Shown one piece after another: positions 8,869 to 17,211 of a stretch of DNA of 64,000 bases; within the stretch, counting starts at the first letter, position 1, and every line of letters starts with the position of its first letter. Below the pieces are notes generated by a model. The model was not told the DNA's origin. It saw only the letters and a list, made by a program, of their open reading frames with translations, and searched no databases. The stretch comes from Candidatus Nanoarchaeia archaeon (GTDB lineage: Archaea > Nanobdellota > Nanobdellia > Woesearchaeales > UBA525), in the NCBI GenBank assembly GCA_028279755.1, contig JANQNB010000018.1, positions 302,191-366,190 of the forward strand. Reading direction: 5' to 3'. The position numbers were made by a program, and so were the translations under genes.

Positions 8869-9127
8869 TTATTTTCCTATTGTTATTTTCTCCAGATACT
8901 ATTAAAAAGAATATACATTGAAGAACGAGAACATTTATATATAAGTGCCAACTAAAAATGACTAAAAGGTTTTGGCGAGAACTAAACATTCTTCCGGGCC
9001 CGAGGTGGGGCGTGGAAGGCTGAGCGTTTCGGCGCTCATGGTAGGGACGACACACGTAGTTAGCAGGCTCTACCGCTCCCAGCCTTTACAGTGACGACAA
9101 AACAGCAACGACAAAGGGGGAAGGAAC

Positions 9128-10201
9128 ATGGACTTTATCGTGAACCGCGCTGTGGAACAGCAAGAAGAGGCGGCAACGCCAGGATTTGAAGTCGGCCAGG
9201 CAATGATCAAAGTGATCGGCGTGGGCGGCGCAGGCAACAACATGGTGAACTGGCTCTATAACAAGGGAGTCAAGGGCGCCGAGATCATGGCCTGCAACAC
9301 CGACAAGCAGCACATCGACATGGTCGAAGCTGATAGCAAATTCTTGATCGGCAAGGACACGACGCGTGGCCTTGGCTGCGGCGGGTTCCCGGAAAAGGGC
9401 GCGGAGGCAGCCCAGGAAAGCCTCCAGGAATTCAAGGAACATCTCAGAGACGCAGACATGTGCTTTGTCTGCGCAGGCATGGGTGGCGGCACCGGCACAG
9501 GAGCCGCGCCAGTCGTGGCGCAGGTGGCACGCGATGCTGGCTCGATTGTCATTGGCACCGTAACCATGCCATTCAAGATCGAGCGCGCGCGCGTCGACAA
9601 GGCAGAATTCGGCCTGCAGCAGCTCAGACAAGTCTCTGACACCGTCATTGTCATCGACAACAACCGCTTGGTGCAGATCGCAGGCAACCTCCCAGTGCAG
9701 CAAGCGTTTGCCGTCGCGAACGAGCTCATCGCCACGATGATCAAAGGCATTGTCGAGATCATCGCCGTGCCAAGTCTCGTGAACCTCGACTATGCAGATG
9801 TCAAGGCCATCATGACAGACGGCGGCGTCGCGGCAATCGGCGTGGGCGCAAGCGACACCAACAACCGCGTGGAAGAAGCAGTCAAAGGCGCACTGGCGAA
9901 TCCCCTTCTGGAGATCAGCTATGAAGGCGCTACCGGCGCGATCATCCACGTGACAGGCGGCCCGGACATGACCCTCGACGAGATTTCCCGCGTAGGCGAG
10001 CTCGTCACAGAGAGCATGGACACAGATGCCAACGTCATCTGGGGCGCGCGCGTTGACGAGCACATGAAGGGCAAAGTCACAGTGATGACCATCATCACTG
10101 GTGTGCAAAGCCCGTGGATCCTCGGCAAGGAAAGCTCGAAGGACCGCGAAGTGGCTCGCCAGCAATTAAGTGAGGATCTCGGCATCGAGATCGTGCACTA
10201 A
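9128..10201 (+). CDS. ftsZ: Cell division protein FtsZ (FtsZ2-like)
   Basis: VIGVGGAGNN, GMGGGTGTG, IDNNRL, PSLVNLDYAD. Confidence 0.98.
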   Translation: MDFIVNRAVEQQEEAATPGFEVGQAMIKVIGVGGAGNNMVNWLYNKGVKGAEIMACNTDKQHIDMVEADSKFLIGKDTTRGLGCGGFPEKGAEAAQESLQEFKEHLRDADMCFVCAGMGGGTGTGAAPVVAQVARDAGSIVIGTVTMPFKIERARVDKAEFGLQQLRQVSDTVIVIDNNRLVQIAGNLPVQQAFAVANELIATMIKGIVEIIAVPSLVNLDYADVKAIMTDGGVAAIGVGASDTNNRVEEAVKGALANPLLEISYEGATGAIIHVTGGPDMTLDEISRVGELVTESMDTDANVIWGARVDEHMKGKVTVMTIITGVQSPWILGKESSKDREVARQQLSEDLGIEIVH

Positions 10202-10360
10202 ACGCTTTTTCACGATCACCTTATCGGTGGTGACAAAGGGATCGACAGCGACTACAGAAACTGCCTTCGCAGCAAACAGTGACAACCGATCCCGATTAAC
10301 TTTTTTCACAACGGCTCGGGTGGAGCCTCACGTTCACTTCTTCCTGAAGTGATTTCTCTG

Positions 10361-10426
10361 CCTTCACGGTGCCGTTCTCACACCCCCAACACCCCCCAAC
10401 CCTCGCACCGTGGAGGAATTTTTTTT
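10361..10426 (+). terminator. 12-bp hairpin with a C-rich loop followed by a T8 run, ending the structured region downstream of ftsZ
   Basis: CCTTCACGGTGC / GCACCGTGGAGG then AATTTTTTTT. Confidence 0.6.
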
Positions 10427-10472
10427 CAACTCCGGCGCAAGCCTTATATAGTATGAGTGAATTTCAATTCAC

Positions 10473-10634
10473 ATGTCATACTGTTGCGGTGGCGGTTGCC
10501 AGGAATACGCAAGCACCAAGCAGGAGCCGGTGAGTTCCAGCTATCAATCCTCTGCAGAGCCGGTGCGCGTGATCGGCTGCACCTGCGGCGGCGCTGGTCC
10601 ATGCCGAGGCACGTGCAGGATGCCTGCACCATAA
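10473..10634 (+). CDS. 53-aa Cys-rich, metallothionein-like micro-protein
   Basis: MSYCCGGGCQEY...VIGCTCGGAGPCRGTCRMPAP; TTATATA at about 10444-10450, at leaderless spacing. Confidence 0.65.
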   Translation: MSYCCGGGCQEYASTKQEPVSSSYQSSAEPVRVIGCTCGGAGPCRGTCRMPAP

Positions 10635-10702
10635 TTCTTGTTTTCACTCTATAGTTAAGCAAAACCTAGGTTTTTTTATACTCGACCAATTTTCTCGAAC
10701 AA

Positions 10703-11476
10703 ATGACAGTTGAACCTGTGAAGCTTTATTCTTGGTTTAATGTTTCACCGGATCTTATCGGATCATCAGTGAAGCTTATTGCACGCGACCTGGGTCGCCG
10801 TCGAGTTTCGTTTACAGGTCAACTCTTTGACTATGAAGTTAATCCTGGTACGCAACCAAGGATTAACCTTCCCCAGGATGGTTATGGGCAGCTCGATCCT
10901 TCTGCTCGCTCGATGCTTCGACTTGGTGAACCAAATCTCGAATGCGCTTGTGGGGAGATGAATGTGACCACTTTCTTGCTTGGAAGAGGCTGGTGGGAGG
11001 CGAGTCCCCGCGATAGCGTCTATTCAGGGGCTTTCACTCTTGCAAGAAGTGAGACTGCGTCCATGCCAAAGGCTGAGTATGACGAGCAGCTGCTGCTCAA
11101 TCAGTCACGTTACGCCGCTGGAAGCTCTGTTCCAGAGATATCTGCTCTGGCGACTGCTGGGGTAATTGGGGGAGCTATGACGTGCATACCTGATGCTGGC
11201 GTGGTGGTAGCTTCTCAGCTTATCTCAGGTGAAGCTCTCTTTCTTACAGGCATAGGTCTTCTCACTGTTGACGCTGTCGCCCTCGCTGCAAGGTCAGGAT
11301 ACAGGAGTGAACAGTTTGATCTTCGACATGGAACGCTTGATAGTGGCAGCACGATAGCAGAACCTGTTGTTTCCTTAGCGTTGCCATTCGTCGCTGCAGT
11401 TGCAAGTGGCATCGGCACGCATCTGGCCAAACCGTATGTGGCTGCTGCGTATGAGGCAGTGAAAGCACTCTTCTGA
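10703..11476 (+). CDS. Hypothetical protein with hydrophobic C-terminal helices
   Basis: ORF with own TATA box; atypical codon usage. Confidence 0.55.
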   Translation: MTVEPVKLYSWFNVSPDLIGSSVKLIARDLGRRRVSFTGQLFDYEVNPGTQPRINLPQDGYGQLDPSARSMLRLGEPNLECACGEMNVTTFLLGRGWWEASPRDSVYSGAFTLARSETASMPKAEYDEQLLLNQSRYAAGSSVPEISALATAGVIGGAMTCIPDAGVVVASQLISGEALFLTGIGLLTVDAVALAARSGYRSEQFDLRHGTLDSGSTIAEPVVSLALPFVAAVASGIGTHLAKPYVAAAYEAVKALF

Positions 11477-11544
11477 TTCTTGATTTGGGTTGTGCCACTC
11501 TGACGAGCAACATCTTTATAAACGCCCTGCCTGTTCCGACGATA

Positions 11545-12837
11545 ATGCCTGCGAAGACTGCTGCGAAAAAGACAGCGAAGAAAACAAGCACCAAGAACGA
11601 GCCAGTCCAGCCAGCCATGAACATCGGCCTGGTCGGCCATGTCGACCACGGGAAGACGACGCTGACTGAACGTCTCTCTGGCAAGTGGACAGACACGCAC
11701 TCTGAAGAGATCAAGCGCGGCATCACCATTCGCCTGGGCTATGCTGATACCACATTCTACACGATTCCCGGGAAGAAAGGGGAAGAACAATACACGACGA
11801 AAAGCATGGATGCTGAGACCAAGAAGGCGAACACGCCAGTCGTGAAACTCAGCTTTGTCGACGCGCCAGGCCACGAATCCCTGATGGCCACGATGTTGAG
11901 TGGCGCTACGATCATGGACGGCGCCCTGCTCATCGTCGCGGCGAACGAAGCCTGCCCGCAGCCGCAGACCCGAGAGCACTTGATGGCCTTGGAGATCAGC
12001 GGTATCGAGAAAGTCGTTGTCGTGCAGAACAAGATCGACCTCGTCAACAAAGAACGGGCGATGCGCAACCATCAACAGATCAAGGACTTCCTTGCCGAGA
12101 CCAAGTTCAAGGACGCGCCGATCGTGCCGATCAGCGCGCAGCGCGGCGTGAACATCGACGTGCTCATCAAGACAATGCTCGACACGTTCACTGTGCCGGA
12201 ACGGGATCCCAAAGCAGAGCCAGTCATGGTCGTCGCACGATCATTCGACATTAACAAGCCAGGAACAAAGGCAGCGAAACTAAACGGCGGTATCCTCGGA
12301 GGCGCCCTGAAGCAAGGCAAGCTGAAAGTCGGGGATAAGATCGAAATTCGCCCGGGTAGAATCGTCGAGGAAGCGAACAAGATCAAAGGCAAGCCACTCT
12401 TCGCGACGATCGAAGGATTGATGACTGGCGGCGAGCCGGTCGACGAAGTGACACCAGGCGGCTCGATCGCAGTCATGACAACCCTGGATCACGCTGTTGT
12501 ACGTTCCGACATGCTCACTGGCAGCGTTGTCGGCCATCCTGACAAGCTGCCGCCGGTGTGGGATAATCTTCGCTTGGATCCGACTTTGCTTGAGCGTGTC
12601 GTCGGCAGCCAGGACGAATTGAAAGTGAATCCGCTCACCTCGAATGAGATCCTTATGCTCAATGTGAACTCAGCCGCGACCGTTGGCATTGTCAGCGAGC
12701 TCGGCAAGAAGCGCGTCACGTGCAAGCTCAAGAAGCCCATCTGTGCAGAAGTCGGTTCACGAGTGACGATCTCGCGCCGTGTGGGAACACGCTTCCGCCT
12801 CATCGGCTATGGTACGATTGAGGAATTGAAGAATTAG
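11545..12837 (+). CDS. eif2g: Translation initiation factor 2 subunit gamma
   Basis: NIGLVGHVDHGKTT, RGITIRLGYAD, DAPGHE, PQPQTREH, NKID. Confidence 0.97.
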   Translation: MPAKTAAKKTAKKTSTKNEPVQPAMNIGLVGHVDHGKTTLTERLSGKWTDTHSEEIKRGITIRLGYADTTFYTIPGKKGEEQYTTKSMDAETKKANTPVVKLSFVDAPGHESLMATMLSGATIMDGALLIVAANEACPQPQTREHLMALEISGIEKVVVVQNKIDLVNKERAMRNHQQIKDFLAETKFKDAPIVPISAQRGVNIDVLIKTMLDTFTVPERDPKAEPVMVVARSFDINKPGTKAAKLNGGILGGALKQGKLKVGDKIEIRPGRIVEEANKIKGKPLFATIEGLMTGGEPVDEVTPGGSIAVMTTLDHAVVRSDMLTGSVVGHPDKLPPVWDNLRLDPTLLERVVGSQDELKVNPLTSNEILMLNVNSAATVGIVSELGKKRVTCKLKKPICAEVGSRVTISRRVGTRFRLIGYGTIEELKN

Positions 12838-13238
12838 CCCTTTACCTTACTGCTTTTGTATTTCTCTGGCTTGAATGCGATCGCGCGCTTGATCTCCGGC
12901 TCGAAGCCGCGTTTCTTCAGAAGCCCTTGCAGTTCCTCGTCATCGAACGTCACCTGGTCGTAGCCGAGAATGATCACATCCGGCTTGTGCTCGATGATGA
13001 CTTTCAGCATGTCGTCAAGCTCGCCGAGCACAGCGCGATCGACCAAGGGCTCGTTCTGTACATGAGAAAGGCGGTCCTCTTCGAGCGAGCGTGGCGTATG
13101 CCCTTTCACTTTCCGGATGCGATCGTCGCGCGCCACCACCACGACAAGCTCCTCGCCATGCCGCCGAGCCTGTCGGAAGAGCGAGCGATGTCCCTCATGC
13201 AAGGGATCGAACGCGCCGAAGACCATCACTGTCTGCAT
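12834..13238 (-). CDS. ribL: FAD synthase / cytidylyltransferase-like protein
   Basis: VMVFGAFDPLHEGH, VVARD, ILGYDQ, YKSSK. Confidence 0.8.
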   Translation of the reverse strand: MQTVMVFGAFDPLHEGHRSLFRQARRHGEELVVVVARDDRIRKVKGHTPRSLEEDRLSHVQNEPLVDRAVLGELDDMLKVIIEHKPDVIILGYDQVTFDDEELQGLLKKRGFEPEIKRAIAFKPEKYKSSKVKG

Positions 13239-13418
13239 ACATTCTCCTGGCGCTACTCCATTTTAAGTATTGTGTTTGAGGCTTAGACCAGAAAGGGTGA
13301 CACTGGTGACAAACGAGCTTTTTTTTCCCTATTCCCGAACTATACGTCCTGAAATGCTACAATTCTTCAAGATAATATTTATATATGAAAAAGTGTGATG
13401 GGCTCCTAGGTGGTGTAG

Positions 13419-13493
13419 ATGGCCTGGACCGTCGATCACAACGGCGACCTCGTGGAAGACGAGAGCCCTGAGGACGTCGAAGAGGAACCATAG
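13419..13493 (+). CDS. 24-aa acidic micro-protein MAWTVDHNGDLVEDESPEDVEEEP
   Basis: TTTATATA at 13378, SD AGGTGG before ATG, host-like codons (GTC, GAC, CTC, GAG). Confidence 0.5.
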   Translation: MAWTVDHNGDLVEDESPEDVEEEP

Positions 13494-13581
13494 CCTTCGG
13501 GTATGACACTCATTCTGATATGGCGAAGTGCGCTCTCAGGATTTGGCTTGCTGCCGCATAGCCAAGAAAGTGTAAAACGTT

Positions 13582-13776
13582 TTACTCGGACTTCTTTTCC
13601 ATGTAGCCGCACTTGCCGCACTGGACCCGGTCCTTGTGGTTCGCGAGAAAGGTGCCCGGGCCGCACTTCGGACAGTTCTTGTTCTTCCGCTTGAGCCCGT
13701 CGCCGCTGACCTCGTAGCACGTGCTCTTCTTCGAAGAGGCCTTCTTGGGTTTTTCCTCGGCTTTCTTGTCGGCCAT
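13582..13776 (-). CDS. rps27ae: 30S ribosomal protein S27ae
   Basis: KRKNKNCPKCGPGTFLANHKDRVQCGKCGY. Confidence 0.95.
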   Translation of the reverse strand: MADKKAEEKPKKASSKKSTCYEVSGDGLKRKNKNCPKCGPGTFLANHKDRVQCGKCGYMEKKSE

Positions 13777-14339
13777 TATGCATCACCCTCCTTCTTCTCT
13801 TCGGGTTTTGCTTCTTCCTTTTTCTCAGCAGGAGACTCGGCAGGTTTTTCCTCTTCCTTAGGAGATTCTTCTTTTGGAGCATCTTCCTTTTTCTCTTCAG
13901 GCTTCGCTTCTTCTTTTGGAGTTTCAGGACTTTCTTCCTTAGGAGCGTCTTCTTTCTTTTCTCCTTCAGCAACTGGCTCTTCTGCTTTTTCTCCTTCAGC
14001 TGGCTTCTCAGCCGGTGCTTCAGCAGGCTTGTCACCCTCGGCTGCTTTCTTCTTGGCTTCGAAGTCGTGCTTCTTGATCATGCTTGCGCGCTCGAGCAGT
14101 TCCAGGCTCTTGCGGTCCTTGTAGACCATGGCCTGCACCTTGCCGGATTGGTTGCCGTAATCGGTCGCGACCTCGCGCACGATCACGAGCTCAGGCTTGG
14201 CCTTCAGCTCTTTCGCCAAGGCAGCATGCACGACTTCCTTGCTCGGCGTCGCGCCTTCAAAGGTAATGCGAGCCTCGACCTCTGTCAGGTTCAGGAGGGG
14301 CTTCGCTTCTTTCGTGAGTATCTCAAGATTCATTGTCAT
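13776..14339 (-). CDS. rps24e: 30S ribosomal protein S24e with a long acidic, low-complexity C-terminal tail
   Basis: KPLLNLTE...GATPSKE...DYG...AMVY; position between spt4 and S27ae. Confidence 0.9.
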   Translation of the reverse strand: MTMNLEILTKEAKPLLNLTEVEARITFEGATPSKEVVHAALAKELKAKPELVIVREVATDYGNQSGKVQAMVYKDRKSLELLERASMIKKHDFEAKKKAAEGDKPAEAPAEKPAEGEKAEEPVAEGEKKEDAPKEESPETPKEEAKPEEKKEDAPKEESPKEEEKPAESPAEKKEEAKPEEKKEGDA

Positions 14340-14524
14340 CACCGTACTTTCAATGCGTATTCGCCAGTCTTCTCCACACCCATCTTGTGCGCGATCAGGC
14401 TCTTGTCAGTATCCAGGAACACGATGCGGCCCTGCCAGTTCGTGCTCAGGTTCGTGGTCTTGCACAACGGGCATTGGTCGCCTTCGACGAAGATCTTGCA
14501 GCTCTTGCATGCCTGTTTTCTCAT
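14339..14524 (-). CDS. spt4: Transcription elongation factor Spt4 (RpoE'')
   Basis: ACKSCK...CPLC...WQG...SLIA...GEYALKVR. Confidence 0.93.
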   Translation of the reverse strand: MRKQACKSCKIFVEGDQCPLCKTTNLSTNWQGRIVFLDTDKSLIAHKMGVEKTGEYALKVR

Positions 14525-15093
14525 TTTGCCGTCCTCGTCTTCTTGTCGCCGCTCAGGTCTTCAGTCACCCATTCGGGCTTGCCGAGACCTTCCTGGCGCA
14601 TTGTCAATCCGAATTTCGGGTTCGCGCGGTCCTTGTAGCTGATCGCGACCATGCGCGCGACGCACTGGTCGCCGACCTTCAGGACGCGTCCGCTCTCTTT
14701 CCCTTGCAGGACCTTCTCCTTTGTCACCGAGACGAAGTCGTTCATGGTCTGCGACACGTGGATCATGCCGTCGATCGGCCCGAGATTCACGAACGCGCCG
14801 AAGTCTGCGACATCGCGCACGATGCCTGGCAGGACTTCCTGCATCTCTGGCACATAGCTGAGCAGCTCGAAATCAGTCTCGTAATAGTTCGCGCCATCGC
14901 CTGGGATGATGATCCCGTCGTTGATCTGCGTGACATCAAGCACGTCGATGACAATGCCCAATTCCTTGCTGATGAACCCAGTGTACTGCTCTCTGACTGA
15001 GTTGACGATCGCTTCTTTCAGGTCGAGGCCGAACATACTCGGCGACACTCGCACATGGTCTTTGACTTTCATCGCGTAAAACACGATCAGCAC
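14521..15093 (-). CDS. rpo7: RNA polymerase subunit Rpo7 (E')
   Basis: IIPGDGA, S1 domain FGAFVNLGPIDGMIHVSQ, GLTMRQEGLGK. Confidence 0.95.
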   Translation of the reverse strand: MLIVFYAMKVKDHVRVSPSMFGLDLKEAIVNSVREQYTGFISKELGIVIDVLDVTQINDGIIIPGDGANYYETDFELLSYVPEMQEVLPGIVRDVADFGAFVNLGPIDGMIHVSQTMNDFVSVTKEKVLQGKESGRVLKVGDQCVARMVAISYKDRANPKFGLTMRQEGLGKPEWVTEDLSGDKKTRTAK

Positions 15094-15506
15094 CTCTCGA
15101 ATCTCTTGCCTGTGAGTTTCAACACGCCAATGCTCTTTTTCAGAAGACGACGCTGCAACGCCTTGTCCAATGTTGCGACGATTGCGCCGTCCTCGGCAAT
15201 CCTGAGGATTGCGTCATCAGCATGCGTCTCGGAGCACGGAACCGTTTTTAAAGGTATCTCTTTGTTGCCGAAGAGCAAACGGGCCATCAAGGGCTGTTTC
15301 TGGAGTTTCCGCTGCACAATGGCATAGCCGAGCTTTGCCGCACGGCCGTCCTTGCTCTTCTTCGCAGCGAGCGCTTCAAGCTCTTTCAACACGAGCTCAG
15401 GAACAACGAATGAGAATTTCTCGTCCATCGCTGCCGCTATCTCACTGAAGACGTCGATGCCCTGCCCGAAGAGCAAGAGCACATTCGTGTCGAGGACGAC
15501 TTTCAT
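15087..15506 (-). CDS. PIN-domain protein (Fcf1/Utp24-like)
   Basis: VVLDTN, VLKELE, ADDAIL, VATLDKAL; conserved position upstream of rpo7. Confidence 0.88.
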   Translation of the reverse strand: MKVVLDTNVLLLFGQGIDVFSEIAAAMDEKFSFVVPELVLKELEALAAKKSKDGRAAKLGYAIVQRKLQKQPLMARLLFGNKEIPLKTVPCSETHADDAILRIAEDGAIVATLDKALQRRLLKKSIGVLKLTGKRFERC

Positions 15507-15542
15507 GCAAAAAAGAGAAGTGAATTTGTTTATAACATTGTC

Positions 15543-15591
15543 GCGCTGCTGCGGCGCTCTTACTGCGTATGCCGCGCCAAGGCAGCAGCGC
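15543..15591. repeat. AAG-bulge hairpin, copy 2
   Basis: GCGCTGCTGC-GGCGC-TCTTAC...GCGCC-AAG-GCAGCAGCGC. Confidence 0.8.
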
Positions 15592-15831
15592 TCACTTCGA
15601 TGTCTTGTTGTAGACCCACGCGATCAGCGCGCCACCGATGGCGCCGTCGACAAAACCCCAGAGGGCGCCGATGATGCCGCCGAGGAAGGTTGCGTCGTAG
15701 CCGAGGTAGATGCTACTGAGCCCGGTGAAGCCAGTGCCGTAGCCGAGCCAGCCGGCCCAGCCGAGCAAGAGCACGCCAAGGCCCCAAGTGACGCCCAAAC
15801 CAAGCGCAAGTCCTTTCACACTCAATGTCAT
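15592..15831 (-). CDS. Small Gly-rich membrane protein (holin-like annotation family)
   Basis: ALGLGVTWG...YLGY...GGIIGALWGFVDG...AWVYN. Confidence 0.7.
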   Translation of the reverse strand: MTLSVKGLALGLGVTWGLGVLLLGWAGWLGYGTGFTGLSSIYLGYDATFLGGIIGALWGFVDGAIGGALIAWVYNKTSK

Positions 15832-15862
15832 GAGACAATCTGAAGAAGGGCAGGTTAAAAAG

Positions 15863-16084
15863 TTATCGAGCAACACGCCACTGCCACTTGCCGCTGGGGT
15901 GCTGGCGCAGTACGTGCGCTTTCTCGTCGAGCTTGTTCGTCTTCGCCCACTCCTTGGCTTTCTCCTCGCTCGCGAAGCTCTTCATCCGCTTCCGGCCATC
16001 CTGGTTGCCTTTCCAGAAGCGGTGCTTCTGCGAGGATGCGCCGACTGCTTTGTAGCGTTTCTGGCGTGTGTGGAATTTTCCCAT
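15863..16084 (-). CDS. Small basic hypothetical protein
   Basis: 73 aa, Lys/Arg-rich, KSFASEEKAKEWA; own TATA box. Confidence 0.7.
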   Translation of the reverse strand: MGKFHTRQKRYKAVGASSQKHRFWKGNQDGRKRMKSFASEEKAKEWAKTNKLDEKAHVLRQHPSGKWQWRVAR

Positions 16085-16137
16085 AGCTGCTGGCGTTTTC
16101 CGACCCTATAAAAAGCTTGCGCTCAGTAGCGCCTACA

Positions 16138-16237
16138 GCTCCAACGCCGCCTTGGTGGCCTCTCCAGTGCACTGACAGATTCACCGAATCAGATACAGCG
16201 CGATAGCCACGTCGAATGGCCACCGCTGCGTTGGAGC
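16138..16237. repeat. AAG-bulge hairpin, copy 4 (reads on the minus strand)
   Basis: Minus strand: GCTCCAACGCAGC-GGTGGCC...GGCCACC-AAG-GCGGCGTTGGAGC. Confidence 0.7.
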
Positions 16238-16238
16238 G

Positions 16239-17168
16239 CTACAGCTTCTTCAGTTCAGAAGTGATCCGAGAGCAGAAATCCATCGCGCCGAGGTAGTAAT
16301 CCTCGACCGGGTCGCTGTCGTTAACGCTCAGGACGTCAAGAATCCGATCCTTGCCATGCCCGTCGCGTTCCAGGTTCTTCAGGCCTTTGATATCCTCGTG
16401 GACAAAGACGTCTTTCTCCGGCTTGAGCAGGCTGTGCAGCCGTTCTTGGATGCGCTGCAGGAGCTCGATCGCCTTATGGCTCTGCTCTTTCGCCTCGTCT
16501 GGCGGGATGGCGTTGAACTCGTTGTACCACTCGCTCGGCACCTTGATCTGCTCGCGCATCTCCTTTGTGCCGCCATTCGAAGCGCGATACACGCGGCCGA
16601 TCACGAAATTCAATGCTTTGCACTTGTCCTCGATCGTGTGGATGTAGCGATGCAGCTCTTCCGGCTTGAATTCGTCAAGCTCTGCCAGCGTCGCCTGCTT
16701 CTCGCCCTGGTATTCGATCAGGCTCATGATCGCCAGGATGACATACGCGAGGATCAGGTTCACGCCAGTCAAGACGGGAATGTCGAGCTGGTCGCCGATC
16801 ATGCTGTTCAGCGAGGTGCCGAGCACAAGGAAGAGAAAGCACACTACGAGGGGCGTGAGCCAGAACAGCACGTCCTTGAACTCGCCTTCGAGCAGGCCGA
16901 TATAGATGAGGACACACAATAATGTTGGTCCAAAGCCGAGAAAGGCGTAGGCCATGCTGCTATTGGTCATGACTGCGCTGATTAACGCGATAAAGAGCGT
17001 GATAAGAATGCTGGCGAACAGCCAGGCCTTACTCCCCTTGACATGGCGCGCCATGACATGCTCGAGCTGCTCCTCCTGCTCGTCCTGTTCTTCTTCAGTC
17101 AGGAGCTGCGCCACTTCCTGATCAAGGCCAGCACGATCCGCCTCAGATTCCTCTCTCACCTCACCCAT
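16239..17168 (-). CDS. Hypothetical membrane protein (about 4 TM segments plus a soluble C-terminal domain)
   Basis: Hydrophobic segments followed by IEDKCKALNFVIGRVY. Confidence 0.75.
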   Translation of the reverse strand: MGEVREESEADRAGLDQEVAQLLTEEEQDEQEEQLEHVMARHVKGSKAWLFASILITLFIALISAVMTNSSMAYAFLGFGPTLLCVLIYIGLLEGEFKDVLFWLTPLVVCFLFLVLGTSLNSMIGDQLDIPVLTGVNLILAYVILAIMSLIEYQGEKQATLAELDEFKPEELHRYIHTIEDKCKALNFVIGRVYRASNGGTKEMREQIKVPSEWYNEFNAIPPDEAKEQSHKAIELLQRIQERLHSLLKPEKDVFVHEDIKGLKNLERDGHGKDRILDVLSVNDSDPVEDYYLGAMDFCSRITSELKKL

Positions 17169-17211
17169 GGCCAGAATTCACGAGAGAACGTTTAAATAAT
17201 TTTCGTCGAGA

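Noticed and set aside
9086-10165. Long antisense ORFs opposite ftsZ, the surface protein, the P-type ATPase, scpA and others
   Set aside because: Shadow ORFs produced by strong GC3 codon bias; no motifs or independent promoters.
10577-10618. Possible fifth bulged hairpin (GAG bulge)
   Set aside because: The stem is mismatched and lies inside the Cys/Gly-rich micro-ORF, whose TGC/GGC codons produce such pairing by chance.
13400-13566. tRNA, SRP RNA, RNase P RNA or hammerhead ribozyme
   Set aside because: No T-loop or 7-nt anticodon loop, no SRP helix-8 motif, no RNase P P4 motif, and CTGAGGA is not followed by a valid stem II and GAAA.
16138-16237. Integron attC-like appearance (CCAAC...GTTGG) of hairpin copy 4
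   Set aside because: The ends do not fit RYYYAAC/GTTRRRY, the other three copies lack AAC/GTT boxes, and no integron integrase is in the window.
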